In this document: positions 43,537 through 54,130 of the stretch, piece after piece
Layout: every line of letters begins with the position of its first letter
Numbering within the stretch: position 1 is the first letter of the stretch
Origin: Hyalangium minutum
GTDB taxonomy: Bacteria; Myxococcota; Myxococcia; Myxococcales; Myxococcaceae
Reading direction: 5' to 3'
Assembly (NCBI RefSeq): GCF_000737315.1
Contig: NZ_JMCB01000003.1
Location: forward strand, 20,001-268,000
DNA: 248,000 nt
Notes under the pieces: model-generated
Seen by the model: the letters and a program-made list of their open reading frames with translations, nothing else
Told to the model about the DNA's origin: nothing
Databases searched by the model: none
Translations under genes and position numbers: made by a program

Positions 43537-45303
43537 TCATGCCTCCTCTACCGGCGCCGCGTCTCCGAACAGCGCCTTCTTCGTCTGGTACATCGCCTTG
43601 CGCGCCGCGGTGAGCACCTCCACCGGCTGCGACTTGTCCTCCACCACGCCCTGCAGCACCTTGTACGCGTGGATGTTGCACGCGCCCGCCAGCCCCAGGA
43701 TGGCGACCAGCTTGTCGTCCATCACCTTCTTCTTGCTCAGCAGCGAGGGCTTCGCCGACAGGATCTGCGTCAGGAAGGTGAACGCGTTGGGCACGCCCGT
43801 GGAGCCCAGCGCCGAGTAGAAGGCGGCGCGCTCGTCCGCCGTCTTCTTTTCGAAGTCCGAGGCCCGTATCACCCGCAGCACATCGATGTACGCCTTCTCT
43901 GGGTCGAACTCCGGCAGCAGCTTGGCCGCCTGCATCCGTACCTGGGAGACGGGATCGTGCAGCAGCTCCGCGAACAGCTTGCGGCTCTCGGCGGAGTGGC
44001 CCAGGGCGATGATGCTCATCACCTCCAGCTTCACCACCAGGTTCTTCCCCTTGAGCACCGTGCCGAACAGCTTGATCCGCTCCGGGTGCTGGCTCTTCTC
44101 CAGGATGTAGACCATGTCGCGCACGGTCTGCGGCCGGTCCGCTTGCAGCCGGATGACGAATGGATCCGGCCGGTTCTTGGCGAAGCTCGCGAGCACGTCG
44201 CACAACAGGAGCCGGTTCTCTGGCACCTCGATGGTTTCCAGCACCGTGAGCAGCGGGATGATGGCGTGCTCGTCCAGCACCTGCAGGTAGCGGGTGATGT
44301 CCGCCGGGTTCTTCGGCCGGGTGCGCTTGAGGGATTCGCCCAGCCGGTTCAGGCGCTGCTCGTCCGCCATCTTCTGGATGAAGTACGCCAGCAGCCGGGC
44401 GATGGGGCCGTCCAGGTTGTCTTCGCGCTGCGACAGCGCGCGCAGCTTGAGCACCATCTGGTTGATGGTGCCGTAGTCGTCCTGGATGAGCATGGCGTCC
44501 AGCAGCTGGACGAAGATTTCCTCCAGCAGCCCCACGTCATCCACGCCGCCTTCCACGACCTGGAAGATGGCGCTCACCAGCTTGGGGAAGAGGCGCGCGG
44601 TCTCCTCCTCCTCGATTTCTTTCTGCAGCTTGGCCTTCAGCGAGTCTGAGGCATACGTGCCCTCCACCAGCACGCCGCGGATCTGCTCCACGCCCTCCAG
44701 CTGCGCGTCCAGATCGTCCGCCGACACGCGCGCGAAGCGCAGGTAGTCCTCCGAGTTCGTCTGCAGGCGGGAGTAGAGGTAGCTCACCACCTTGTCCACC
44801 TCGACGGCCACCTCCTCCTCGGAGGCGCCGTCCACGGAGAAGCCCTCCACCACCACGTACTCGACGTGCTCCATGCTCGCCTTCCAGAGCTGGGCGAGCG
44901 CGTCTTCCGCGCCACGCTCCGGCTCCGATAGGGCGATCATCGTGAAGGTGACCATCTCCTGCTGCGTGACTCCCGGCCGGAAGATCAGCTGGCGGATGCC
45001 ATCCCGGAAGAACTTGTAGGAGAGCGGCGTGTCCTCGGAGAACAGCGGCTCGTTGTGCAGCAGGAAGTTCTGCTGCTCCACCTTGAGCGACAGCGGGCCG
45101 TGCTTCTCGGTGTACTCGGTGAGCGCGCTCAGTGCCGGGGCGAGGAACTCGGGGTACTTCGCCTCGTTGTGGCGGTACATCCCGATTTGCTTGATGCCTT
45201 TGAGCAGCTGGAAGGTGAAATTCCGCGCCAGGTCCACCTTCTCGCGTATCACTGGATCCGCGGAGCGCTCCGCGGTCTCGTTGGTTTTCTGGGGCGAGGC
45301 CAT
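43537..45303 (-). CDS. HEAT-repeat protein
   Basis: Helical repeats in the C-terminal half; operonic with the HD-GYP-like gene. Confidence 0.75.
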   Translation of the reverse strand: MASPQKTNETAERSADPVIREKVDLARNFTFQLLKGIKQIGMYRHNEAKYPEFLAPALSALTEYTEKHGPLSLKVEQQNFLLHNEPLFSEDTPLSYKFFRDGIRQLIFRPGVTQQEMVTFTMIALSEPERGAEDALAQLWKASMEHVEYVVVEGFSVDGASEEEVAVEVDKVVSYLYSRLQTNSEDYLRFARVSADDLDAQLEGVEQIRGVLVEGTYASDSLKAKLQKEIEEEETARLFPKLVSAIFQVVEGGVDDVGLLEEIFVQLLDAMLIQDDYGTINQMVLKLRALSQREDNLDGPIARLLAYFIQKMADEQRLNRLGESLKRTRPKNPADITRYLQVLDEHAIIPLLTVLETIEVPENRLLLCDVLASFAKNRPDPFVIRLQADRPQTVRDMVYILEKSQHPERIKLFGTVLKGKNLVVKLEVMSIIALGHSAESRKLFAELLHDPVSQVRMQAAKLLPEFDPEKAYIDVLRVIRASDFEKKTADERAAFYSALGSTGVPNAFTFLTQILSAKPSLLSKKKVMDDKLVAILGLAGACNIHAYKVLQGVVEDKSQPVEVLTAARKAMYQTKKALFGDAAPVEEA

Positions 45304-45482
45304 GCGTCCTGGGGGGTTCGGACAGGGTGAGGGAGTCCGAGTCTACTCCCTCATACGCCCCAGGAGATCCCTCTGCATGGGAACTTCCGCTCAGGTATGT
45401 AGGTTGAGAGCCTACCGTGAAAACGGCAGCGCCCCCGCCAGCGAGGGCAGGGGCGCCGGTACGGCTTGGGCCGAGCGGGGCG

Positions 45483-46373
45483 TTACTGGGCCGCCACGGC
45501 GGTGTCCGGATCCACCTCGGCCATGAGCGCGGCCAGCTCGGCCTTGAGCTTGTCCTTGGCGCGGATCTCCAGCTGGCGGGCGCGCTCGCGCGAGAAGCCG
45601 AAGTGCTCGCCCAGCTCCTTGAGCGTCATGGGGCGCTCATTCATGACGCGCTGCTCGATGATGAAGCGCTCGCGGGGATCCAGCCGCATCAGCGCGGTGC
45701 GGACGCGGGCGTTGATGAGGCCCGCCTCCTCCTTGTCGGCGAACTCGTCATCCTGCGGGGCGCTGGCGCTCACCACGAAGTCCACGTGGCTGTTGCCGCC
45801 GTCCTCGCCCATGGGCGCGTCCAGGGAGAGATCGCGGCCGCCCATGCGCTGCTCCATCTCGCGCACCTCGCCCGGCTTCACGTGCAGCTTGCGGGCGATG
45901 TCGTCCACATTCACCACGTCGCCATCGGGAGTGCCGAACTTCTCCAGCTCGCGGCGGGTGCGCGCCAAGCTGAAGAACAGCTTGCGTTGAGCCTGCGTCG
46001 TCCCCAGTTTTACCAAAGACCAAGACTTGAGAATGTAGTTCTGGATGTACGCGCGGATCCACCACACCGCGTAGGAGATGAGGCGGATGCCCTTGTCCGG
46101 ATCGAACTTCTGCACGGCCTTCATCAGGCCGATGTTCCCTTCCTGGATGAGGTCGCTCATCTTGATGCCGTAGGAGCGGTACTCGTAGGCGACCTTCACG
46201 ACGAAGCGCAGGTTGCTCGTCACCAGCCGGTGGCCCGCGGACAGGTCCCCCTTGAGGAACTTCCGGGCCAGCGCTTGCTCCTCCTCCACCGTGAGCAGCG
46301 AGTAGTGGTTGATCTCCGAGAGGTACATCGCCAGGGAGCCGGAGTTGGAAGACTGCTCGTGGGTGTTTTGCAT
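45483..46373 (-). CDS. sigB: RpoH/sigma-32 family sigma factor (SigB-like)
   Basis: [23 protein letters not shown], RpoH box [12 protein letters not shown]; paralogue assignment from recalled M. xanthus synteny. Confidence 0.75.
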   Translation of the reverse strand: MQNTHEQSSNSGSLAMYLSEINHYSLLTVEEEQALARKFLKGDLSAGHRLVTSNLRFVVKVAYEYRSYGIKMSDLIQEGNIGLMKAVQKFDPDKGIRLISYAVWWIRAYIQNYILKSWSLVKLGTTQAQRKLFFSLARTRRELEKFGTPDGDVVNVDDIARKLHVKPGEVREMEQRMGGRDLSLDAPMGEDGGNSHVDFVVSASAPQDDEFADKEEAGLINARVRTALMRLDPRERFIIEQRVMNERPMTLKELGEHFGFSRERARQLEIRAKDKLKAELAALMAEVDPDTAVAAQ

Positions 46374-46743
46374 GGTTCAGTTCTCCCGACGGCGGGCTTC
46401 AGATGAGCCCGTGATGAGTGTGGGGACCGCTTGTCGACCGCACGCTGGATGTCATGAGCAACCGCAGTGCCAGCCCCCGTTGACAAAAAATCCCCTGAGA
46501 CTGCGCGGGGTTGACTCGGATCCCCTCGGAAGGGGGGACCCGCGGGTGGAAAGCGTTACAGACCGGCGCCGGAAACCTCCGTTCCCACGGTCTGTAGAAG
46601 TTGCGCGACTGTGTTTCAGTCACCTCCGAGCCCAAGGGGAAGAAATGGGACGAGTCTCCCTGCTTTCAAACCCTCTAACGGGGCGCGAGGTTGTCGTCCG
46701 AAGGGCAGACACGCTCGAACCCTCGGAGGGCGAGCGAGGTGGC

Positions 46744-48741
46744 TCAGGCGGCGCGGCGGGTCTCGAGGTAGCGGCGCAGCGGGGCGAGCAGGCGCTCTGC
46801 CTCTCCGGCCGCGAGGGGGCGCTGGCCGAAGCGGGCTTCCAGGTAGCGCCGGGTGATGGGGGCCAAGGGCTCGGCCAGGGAGTGCTGCTCGCGGACGAGG
46901 CGCGTGGTGAGCTCCTCCAGCGACTCATCCGAGCGAGGGCGCAGGCCTGCTTCGCGCAGCAGGCCCTCCACGGAATCGATCAGCTGCGTGGCGGCGTGCG
47001 GGCGGGGCGCGGACAGACGGCCTGAGAGGATGCGCCACGTGCCGTAGGTGAGCAGGCCCACCAGCAGCGCCAGGCCCCAGATGCGGGCCGGGGGGAGGCG
47101 GGAGGACGTGCGGCCGGGCTCGCGCGGCGGACGGATGAGCTTCTGGGCCGCGTCCAGCTGATCTCTCAGCGAGTAGTCGATAACGGAGGTGCGCCAGCGG
47201 GCCTCGATCGCCTCGTAGAGGCCGGTGAGGAACTCGAGCGCGGGCAGGGACTGGCTGGCCCGGTTGCTCGGAGGCGTCGCGTCGATCGTGACAAAGCCTC
47301 GCTCGGGAACGAGCACGTGCGTCCAGGCGTGCGCATCTCCGGCGCGGAGGATGTAATCCTCGGTGGAGCGCTCGCCGCCGAAGAAGCCCGTGGACAGCCG
47401 CGCGGAGATTCCCTGGGTGCGCAGCATGATCGTCAGTGCGGTGGCGAAGTGCTCGCAATGGCCCGCTTTGCGCTCGAAGAGGAAGTCCGCGAGGGGATCC
47501 TCCACGTCCCCGCTGAGCTCCAGCGTGTATGCGTACTCGCGCTGCAGCCAGGCGGACAGCTTCTGGGCGGCCTTCAGGGGATCCGTCTCTCCGTCGAGCA
47601 CCTTGCGCGCCAGCGCCTCCACGCGCGGATCCAGCCGGTCCGGCAGCGCCAGGAGCTGGCCGCGCTCGACCTCGGTGAGCGAGGTGGAGGCATCCTCCTC
47701 GGGAGGGACGCTGGTGGCCTCGTAGGCGTAGGCGAGGGCGTTCTCGGTGAAGCGCACCTCACCGCCACCGAGCTCCATGAGAGAGGTGCGGCGGGTGCCG
47801 CTCGCCTGATGGGCCACCGCGTTGCCCAGGCGCGTGGGCGTCTCGAGCGCCACCAGGGTTCGGGCGCCATACGCGGGCAGCAGTTCGATGCGCTGGTGGA
47901 TGGACTGCTCGCCGCCGGGGCGCAGTGTCACCCGTGGGCGCGAGCGCTTGGGGTTGTTGCCCACGCTCGTCCACTCCTGCCCATCGAAGATGTCATAGGT
48001 TCGGGCCACCCAGTAGGCGCCCAGGTGCTCCACGCCGGGATCGGGCGTGATGTGGGCGCGCAGCACCACGCGAGGGTTGCTCTTGAGCGTCCCCGCGCCG
48101 CCCAGGCGCACCGTGTCCGCCAGGCCAGTGGTGGCGCCCAGGCCCGGTCCGGTCCTTCGGCCGGCCATGCTCCAGTTGAGGCGAGGGAAGAGGACGAAGA
48201 AGGCCAGCGCGCCCAGCAGCGCGAAGCACAGGCCCAGGGAGAGCGGACGCACCACCTCGCGCACGGGCAGGGGCTCGCCCTCGGGGACGGCGGCCTCCAC
48301 CACGGTCAGTCCCATGGACAGGCTGGCGAAGACTGCGTAGGCCACCAGGAACAGGGCAAACGTCAGCTCACCGGAGAGCGCCGCGCCGCCAGCCACCATC
48401 AGCAGGCCGGTCAGCTGCACCTGCCCATCCGTGCGTGAGTCCGGCGTGGACAGGAGCCGGTGGGCGGCGATGAGGCCCGCGAAGGCGCACGCGGCCACCA
48501 CGAGATCGAGCTGCCCGACGTACACGGAGAGCCCGAGCATCGCGGCCAGCACCAGCAGCAGCACGGAGGTGCTCTTCGCTCGCTGGGCGAACAGGCGCTT
48601 GCCGAGGAGCGCGCACACGAGCGCCACGCCGAAGAGGCCGATCGCCCATGCGGGCAGCTGGCCGGACACGGCCATGGAGCCGAACGCCGCTCCGGCGCCC
48701 AGATCGCGCAGCCTCAGCCGGAGCCGGGAGGGAGAGCTCAT
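46744..48741 (-). CDS. Transglutaminase TgpA family membrane protein (DUF3488)
   Basis: TM region; GHCEHFATA, DAHAW, DATP. Confidence 0.88.
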   Translation of the reverse strand: MSSPSRLRLRLRDLGAGAAFGSMAVSGQLPAWAIGLFGVALVCALLGKRLFAQRAKSTSVLLLVLAAMLGLSVYVGQLDLVVAACAFAGLIAAHRLLSTPDSRTDGQVQLTGLLMVAGGAALSGELTFALFLVAYAVFASLSMGLTVVEAAVPEGEPLPVREVVRPLSLGLCFALLGALAFFVLFPRLNWSMAGRRTGPGLGATTGLADTVRLGGAGTLKSNPRVVLRAHITPDPGVEHLGAYWVARTYDIFDGQEWTSVGNNPKRSRPRVTLRPGGEQSIHQRIELLPAYGARTLVALETPTRLGNAVAHQASGTRRTSLMELGGGEVRFTENALAYAYEATSVPPEEDASTSLTEVERGQLLALPDRLDPRVEALARKVLDGETDPLKAAQKLSAWLQREYAYTLELSGDVEDPLADFLFERKAGHCEHFATALTIMLRTQGISARLSTGFFGGERSTEDYILRAGDAHAWTHVLVPERGFVTIDATPPSNRASQSLPALEFLTGLYEAIEARWRTSVIDYSLRDQLDAAQKLIRPPREPGRTSSRLPPARIWGLALLVGLLTYGTWRILSGRLSAPRPHAATQLIDSVEGLLREAGLRPRSDESLEELTTRLVREQHSLAEPLAPITRRYLEARFGQRPLAAGEAERLLAPLRRYLETRRAA

Positions 48742-49709
48742 GCCGCCTGCTCCTCCTTCTCCCGCTGATCCTCGAAGCCCACCCAGGCCAGGGCCCGGAG
48801 GATGCGCCGCTCTTGGGCACTGCCCGCTGCGGGGCGCAGACGCTCGCCGGGCGTCTCCAGGCCCACCTCATTGCCGGCCTCGATCAGATCGTGGGTGAGC
48901 GCCGCCACCTCCTCGCAGCGCCGATCGAGGGCCTCCCCTTGGAGCCCTCCCTCCACGGTGAGTACATAGGTGCGGCGCTCCTCGCGCTCGCGCTCCACCT
49001 TGAGGAGCTTCCCCACGGAGGCGCTCTTGCGCCAGTGCACGCGGCGCGCATCCTCGGTGGGCCCCAGCTCGCGCAGGCCCGCCACGTCGCCGGTGCCATC
49101 ATTGCTGCGAGGGGTGCTCGCGTCGCCGTACGCGCCCTGCAGCGCCCGGCCCGGCAGCTGGCACGCGTAGCCTCGGCGCGGGTACACCAGCAGGGTGCCG
49201 TCCAGCTCGAACACGCGTGTCTTGGCGAAGAGGCCCAGCGGCCATGTCGTGGTGAGCCGGACGCCGCTCAGCCGCAGGGGCCCTCGGCGGGGTGCGGTCA
49301 GGTCCGCGCGGACGACGTGCTCCACACGCGTGCGCAGGTAGCCCACGCGGCCCTCGCCAGTGAGCGGGCTGTCCACCTCGCTCAGCGTGAGAGCGAAGGA
49401 GTTGCCCAGGCGGCGGGTGAGGGCCCAGCGGAAGGCGAAGGGCTCGCCCGCGAAGGCGGACTCGGTGCCCAAGCGGCGGATCGTGAGGTAGCGCAGGCAG
49501 CGCTCGGAGAGCACGCCGGAGGCCACCACCATGGCCAGCAGCAAGCCGAGCACGAGGTAGAGCAGGTTGTTGCCGGTGTTCAGCGCGCCCAGGCCCACGC
49601 CGAACGTCACCACGAGGTACGTGCGCCCCACGCGCGTCACCTTCAAGGTGCGCGGAGGGCGCAGCAGGGCGCGCAGCCGCGCCCACTTCGCCTGGAGCCA
49701 CGTCTTCAC
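48738..49709 (-). CDS. DUF58 domain protein
   Basis: NTGNNLLY, WPLGLF, LRELGPTEDARRVHWRKSA. Confidence 0.88.
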   Translation of the reverse strand: MKTWLQAKWARLRALLRPPRTLKVTRVGRTYLVVTFGVGLGALNTGNNLLYLVLGLLLAMVVASGVLSERCLRYLTIRRLGTESAFAGEPFAFRWALTRRLGNSFALTLSEVDSPLTGEGRVGYLRTRVEHVVRADLTAPRRGPLRLSGVRLTTTWPLGLFAKTRVFELDGTLLVYPRRGYACQLPGRALQGAYGDASTPRSNDGTGDVAGLRELGPTEDARRVHWRKSASVGKLLKVEREREERRTYVLTVEGGLQGEALDRRCEEVAALTHDLIEAGNEVGLETPGERLRPAAGSAQERRILRALAWVGFEDQREKEEQAA

Positions 49710-50686
49710 CGAGGTGCTGCCACCTTTCGGGAGATCTCCTCGACCAGGTGCGCCGCCTCGTCCCGGGCCGCCGCGCCCTGCACGTTGCTGCGCAGCAGGA
49801 GCCGGTGCGCCAGGCACGGTACCAGCACCGCGCGGATGTCCCCCGGCGTCACGAAGTCACGCCCCTCCCACAGGGCATGCGCCCGGGCCGCCGAGCCCAC
49901 CGCCAGCACCGCGCGGGTGGAAGCACCGCGCTCGATGTCGCCGTGCTCGCGCGTGGCCCGGGCCAGCCGGACGACGTACTCCGCCACGGCCTCGTCGATG
50001 CGCATCTCCGCGGCGAGCGCCCGCAGGCCGCTCAGCTCCTCCGGCCCGGTGACGGGCTCCAGTGCATCCACCGGAGGCGTCCGCCCGCGCGTGGTGAGCA
50101 GCCGCGCTTCGACTTCGGGGGCCGGGTGCCCCAGCGACAGCCGCATGAGGAAGCGATCCAGCTGCGAGTCCGGAAGCGGATAGGTACCCGTGAGATCCAG
50201 CGGGTTCTGCGTGGCCACCACCGTGAAGGGGGAGGGCAGGGGATAGGTGTTCCCATCCATCGACACCTGTCCCTGCGCCATGCCCTCGAGAAGGGCGGAT
50301 TGGGTGCGCGGGGGCGCGCGGTTGAGCTCATCGGCCAGCACGAGCTGCCGGAAGATGGGCCCCTGGCGGAAGGAGAAGGTGGCGTTGGTGGCGTTGAACA
50401 CCTGCGCGCCCAGGATGTCCGCGGGCATCAGGTCCGCGGTGAACTGGATGCGCGAGAAGCTCAGCCCACAGGAGCGCGCCAGCGCCTCGGCCAGCGTCGT
50501 CTTGCCCACGCCGGGCACGTCCTCCAAGAGGAGGTGGCCTCCAGCGATGAGACAGGTGACGGTGAGGCGGGCTTGGGCCTCCTTTCCCTGCACCACGCTC
50601 GACAGGTGAGCGGAGATCCGCTCCATGACCGAGCGCGCGGAATCAACAGGGGGGGCGGAGGCGATGGCGCGGGCAGGTTGGTTCAT
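49706..50686 (-). CDS. MoxR family AAA+ ATPase
   Basis: EDVPGVGKT, RIQFTADLMPAD, DELNRAPPRTQSALLE. Confidence 0.93.
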   Translation of the reverse strand: MNQPARAIASAPPVDSARSVMERISAHLSSVVQGKEAQARLTVTCLIAGGHLLLEDVPGVGKTTLAEALARSCGLSFSRIQFTADLMPADILGAQVFNATNATFSFRQGPIFRQLVLADELNRAPPRTQSALLEGMAQGQVSMDGNTYPLPSPFTVVATQNPLDLTGTYPLPDSQLDRFLMRLSLGHPAPEVEARLLTTRGRTPPVDALEPVTGPEELSGLRALAAEMRIDEAVAEYVVRLARATREHGDIERGASTRAVLAVGSAARAHALWEGRDFVTPGDIRAVLVPCLAHRLLLRSNVQGAAARDEAAHLVEEISRKVAAPR

Positions 50687-50750
50687 CTGTCCGCGCAGTC
50701 TACCCGAGGCGTCTCGGGGGAGGGACTGCTCGCTGCCTAAGCAACCAACT

Positions 50751-51071
50751 TCAGGCGAGGATCTCTTCCGGCGTGTAGTAGGCCCGGGGCTCCGAGCCCG
50801 TGCTCACCCCGAAATAGCGGAACATCCGCTCGTGGTGCCCGGCCAGCCCGCGCAGCTCCACCTTGTTGTGCGCGCCCAGATCCTTGGTCAGCACCACCAC
50901 CGCTGTGTCCTTGAACTCGCGCAGGTGCGCGAAGTCCAGCACCACCTCGCGGGAGCCCAGAGCCTCCAGCGAGTGACGCAGCTGCGCCGCCGTGCGCCAG
51001 TCCAGCGTCCCCTCGAGCCGAAGGGTGATGCGCCCTGCGAGCTCTTCCTGGTGGATTTGCAGCCCCGACAT
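50751..51071 (-). CDS. STAS domain protein
   Basis: LRLEGTLDWRTA..VVLDFAHLREF. Confidence 0.75.
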   Translation of the reverse strand: MSGLQIHQEELAGRITLRLEGTLDWRTAAQLRHSLEALGSREVVLDFAHLREFKDTAVVVLTKDLGAHNKVELRGLAGHHERMFRYFGVSTGSEPRAYYTPEEILA

Positions 51072-51218
51072 GATGGTCGTCTCCCTAAATATTGGAAATT
51101 CCGAGGGGTGTTCCTGTGTGGAGGGCACAATTCGCGCAAACCCCGGGCTTTTGCATCCCCCCCCGGCATTTATTGCGCGAAATGTTCTGCACCCACCGGA
51201 ATGGGTGTTGCACAGCGG

Positions 51219-51956
51219 TCAGCTCTTGCCGGCTTCCGTCGGCTGCTGAGCACGCAAGGTCAGCTCGCGTTCCTGCTGAGCCTTCAGCTTGCGGAACTCC
51301 TTCACGACCTTGGTCGGGTAGCCGGCGATGAACTTCTTCCGGGACTCGCGCTTGGCGAGGATCTTCTTCGCCAGCCCCGGGCCCGCGTTGTACGCGACGA
51401 GCGCGTGCTCCACGTTGCCGAAGCGCTGGATGAGGTTGGCCAGGTACGCGGTGCCCAGCTCGATGTTCGTCTCCGCGTCGAACAGGTTGGTGGAGCGCCC
51501 CAGCCGGAAGCCCGCCTTGTCCGCCAGGTAGGTGCCCGTGTCCGGCATCACCTGCATCAGGCCCATGGCCCCCACGCCGGACACCGCGTAGTTGTTGAAC
51601 GAGCTCTCGCAGCGGATGAGCGCAATCACCAGCATCGGGTCGATGTCGTTGCGCTGGGCCTCGCGGACGATGGCCACCGCCACCCGCCGCTGCTGCCGGA
51701 GCGGCAGGCCCGAGGCCCTCACCGCCTCCGCCACCCCCAGGCGCATCGCCTCCTGGAAGTGGACCTCATCCTCGTACGCCTGCAGGCGGGCCTGCGCCTC
51801 CCGAAGCGCTGCCTCGCGCTCGGCCAGCTTCGCTTTCAGCTCCTCCACCTGAGGCGCCTCCACCACCGTCCTGTCGGGGACCAGCAAGGGATAGCTGGGA
51901 ATGGCCGCCCCCGTCATCACCGCCGCCGCCGCCGCCGCCACCGTCCAACGCCGCAT
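51219..51956 (-). CDS. Lytic transglycosylase (SLT domain)
   Basis: IRCESSF, GAMGLMQVMP, AYNAGP. Confidence 0.88.
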   Translation of the reverse strand: MRRWTVAAAAAAVMTGAAIPSYPLLVPDRTVVEAPQVEELKAKLAEREAALREAQARLQAYEDEVHFQEAMRLGVAEAVRASGLPLRQQRRVAVAIVREAQRNDIDPMLVIALIRCESSFNNYAVSGVGAMGLMQVMPDTGTYLADKAGFRLGRSTNLFDAETNIELGTAYLANLIQRFGNVEHALVAYNAGPGLAKKILAKRESRKKFIAGYPTKVVKEFRKLKAQQERELTLRAQQPTEAGKS

Positions 51957-52165
51957 GTCCTACCTCCCCCATCCACCCAAACTGCCACCGGCCACACCTG
52001 CCTTTCCGCTAAGCACCCGCCGTGCCAGCGTCCGAGTCTCAGTTCTAGATCATTAAGATCCCTAGGAAACAGAAGCGGGTGCGTGGACGAAGGTCGGGGA
52101 GTGAAGGTCGGTAGAAATGCCCGGATGGGGAAATGCTTTACCCACAACGAGGCTGTTGAAAGCTC

Positions 52166-52181
52166 TGGCACGGTGATCGCG
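52166..52181 (+). promoter_or_regulatory. Candidate sigma54 promoter
   Basis: TGGCACGGTGATCGCG, GG-N10-GC spacing. Confidence 0.4.
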
Positions 52182-52266
52182 AGCCCTTGCCGGGGCAAAG
52201 GGGGCTCCCTAGCTTCGCCCACATTGACGGGTGTGTGGCCAGGAGGGCGGCGGCGTGTATTGGACA

Positions 52267-52410
52267 ATGAGCATCATCCTGTTCGTGCTGTGGATGTTGG
52301 GGCTGATCACCGGCTCCACCGAGGGCTACTGGGTCTATCTCCTGTTGCTCTTCTCGATGGTGTCGCTGGTGCTGGCGGTGTCGAACCGTGGGAAGCGGTT
52401 GGTGGCATGA
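52267..52410 (+). CDS. Small membrane protein (lmo0937/DUF5670-like), absent from the ORF track
   Basis: MSIILFVLWMLGLITGSTEGYWVYLLLLFSMV..; stop overlaps the next ATG. Confidence 0.6.
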   Translation: MSIILFVLWMLGLITGSTEGYWVYLLLLFSMVSLVLAVSNRGKRLVA

Positions 52411-52964
52411 GCGCGCCGCAGGGGCTGGAGATCGAGCTGCCTCGGGATGCCTCCGGCTTCGTGCGGCGGCAGTGCCCGAGCTGCCTGCGCATCTTCAAGA
52501 CGCGCCCGAGCCGGTTCGATGCGCGGAGCCTGCAGCGCCGGCTCCTGGTGATGTTCCCCTTCGAGAATCCGCACGAGGGCTATGAGCCGGTGCCCACGTG
52601 GACGTGCTTCTACTGTGGACACCAGGCCGACGCGGACGAGTGGCTGGTCCGGGACCACGTGGCGTACCTGGAGTCGCTGGCGAGGGGGCTCGCCAACCAC
52701 GTGCGCTACGAGCAGCTCGCCCATGTGACGCGCACGCTGTCGCTGAACCCGCGGCCCACCTTCGTGGCCGTGCCGCCCGAGGCGCTGCCTCAGGGCATGC
52801 CGGACGAGCCGGAGGATCTGCGCCCCCTCTATCTGGTGTGCTGCGCGGATGATGTGAAGGCGCTCTGGGACTGGGACGGCCCGTTCTACTGCCCTCGGTG
52901 CGGCGCGCACCACGGGGGCCTGGCTGGCCGCCAGCAGGTCCACCTGGAGTTCATCCAGGAGTAG
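52407..52964 (+). CDS. Zinc-ribbon hypothetical protein
   Basis: CPSC, CFYC and CPRC pairs. Confidence 0.7.
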   Translation: MSAPQGLEIELPRDASGFVRRQCPSCLRIFKTRPSRFDARSLQRRLLVMFPFENPHEGYEPVPTWTCFYCGHQADADEWLVRDHVAYLESLARGLANHVRYEQLAHVTRTLSLNPRPTFVAVPPEALPQGMPDEPEDLRPLYLVCCADDVKALWDWDGPFYCPRCGAHHGGLAGRQQVHLEFIQE

Positions 52965-53000
52965 ACGCCACCCGCTCGGCCAGAGCAGGCTGTCGGGCCC

Positions 53001-54068
53001 ATGCGGATGGCACGAGTCGCGGTGCCGCTGATCTTGCTGCTCGGAGCAGGGGCGGCCCGCGCGCACGACGCGGACATCATCTATACGCAGGTTCGGCGCA
53101 CCGATCCTGGGAGCGCCGAGGTTCGCGTGCGGCTGACGCTCACCGGGAGCACGCTGAGCCTGCTGGTGCCCACGGATGCGGAGGGTGATGGGGCGGTCTC
53201 GCAGGCGGATCTGGAGGCGCGCCGCCCGGCCCTCGAGGTAGGGATCTGGGATGCGCTGCCGCTCACCGCTGGAGGGCAGCCCTGCACGCGCCAGGCGCAC
53301 GTCGCCAAGCGGGTCGAGTCGTACGTGGAGCTGACCGCCACCTTCCAATGTCCGCCTGGCCCCCTGCGGCAGACGTACACGGTGCTCTCGGTGCTGCCGG
53401 CCAACTACCGGGTGGTGCTGGGCTCCTATGGAGGGGAGGGGGGCCAGCTCTTCGCGGACGCCGTGCGGCCCAGCCTGGACATCCCCGAGCGAGGCGGCTC
53501 GGCCCGGAGCACCTTCGCTCCGGGCTTCGTGGGCTGGGTCCAACTGGGGATGAAGCACATCTTCGAGGGCATCGACCACCTCGCCTTCCTGATCGCGCTG
53601 CTGCTGGTGGGGGGCAGCCTCAAGCGGGTGCTGGGGATGGTGACGGCCTTCACGGTGGCGCACTCGCTCACCCTGGGAGCCACGGCGCTGGGCTTCATTC
53701 TCCTGGACACGGCGCGGACGCGCTGGGTGGAGGCGGCCATTGCTGTCTCCATCATCTATGTGGCGGCGGAGAACCTGTTGTTGCGTGAACACCGCCACCG
53801 GGCGCTGCTGACGTTCCTCTTCGGACTGGTGCACGGCTTTGGCTTCGCCAGCGTGCTGAGCGCCTACGGGCTGGGGGAGCAGGTGGCGTCCGGCCTGTTC
53901 GGCTTCAACCTCGGGGTGGAGCTGGGGCAGGCGGTGATCGTCACGGCTTTGCTGCCCCTCATGCGGCTGATTCAGCGCCGGCCCAGAGTGAACCTGTGGA
54001 CGGTGCGAGCGCTCTCCTCCGTCATCCTCTGCGCGGGAGCGTGGTGGTTGTATTCGCGCATCGGTTGA
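53001..54068 (+). CDS. HupE/UreJ family protein
   Basis: HIFEGIDHLAF, AFTVAHSLTL, FGLVHGFGFA. Confidence 0.88.
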   Translation: MRMARVAVPLILLLGAGAARAHDADIIYTQVRRTDPGSAEVRVRLTLTGSTLSLLVPTDAEGDGAVSQADLEARRPALEVGIWDALPLTAGGQPCTRQAHVAKRVESYVELTATFQCPPGPLRQTYTVLSVLPANYRVVLGSYGGEGGQLFADAVRPSLDIPERGGSARSTFAPGFVGWVQLGMKHIFEGIDHLAFLIALLLVGGSLKRVLGMVTAFTVAHSLTLGATALGFILLDTARTRWVEAAIAVSIIYVAAENLLLREHRHRALLTFLFGLVHGFGFASVLSAYGLGEQVASGLFGFNLGVELGQAVIVTALLPLMRLIQRRPRVNLWTVRALSSVILCAGAWWLYSRIG

Positions 54069-54130
54069 AGTCTCGCGACCCCATCCCTAACTTGCCGCGG
54101 AAGGTCACGGTAGGGAGAAGGGGGACGCAG

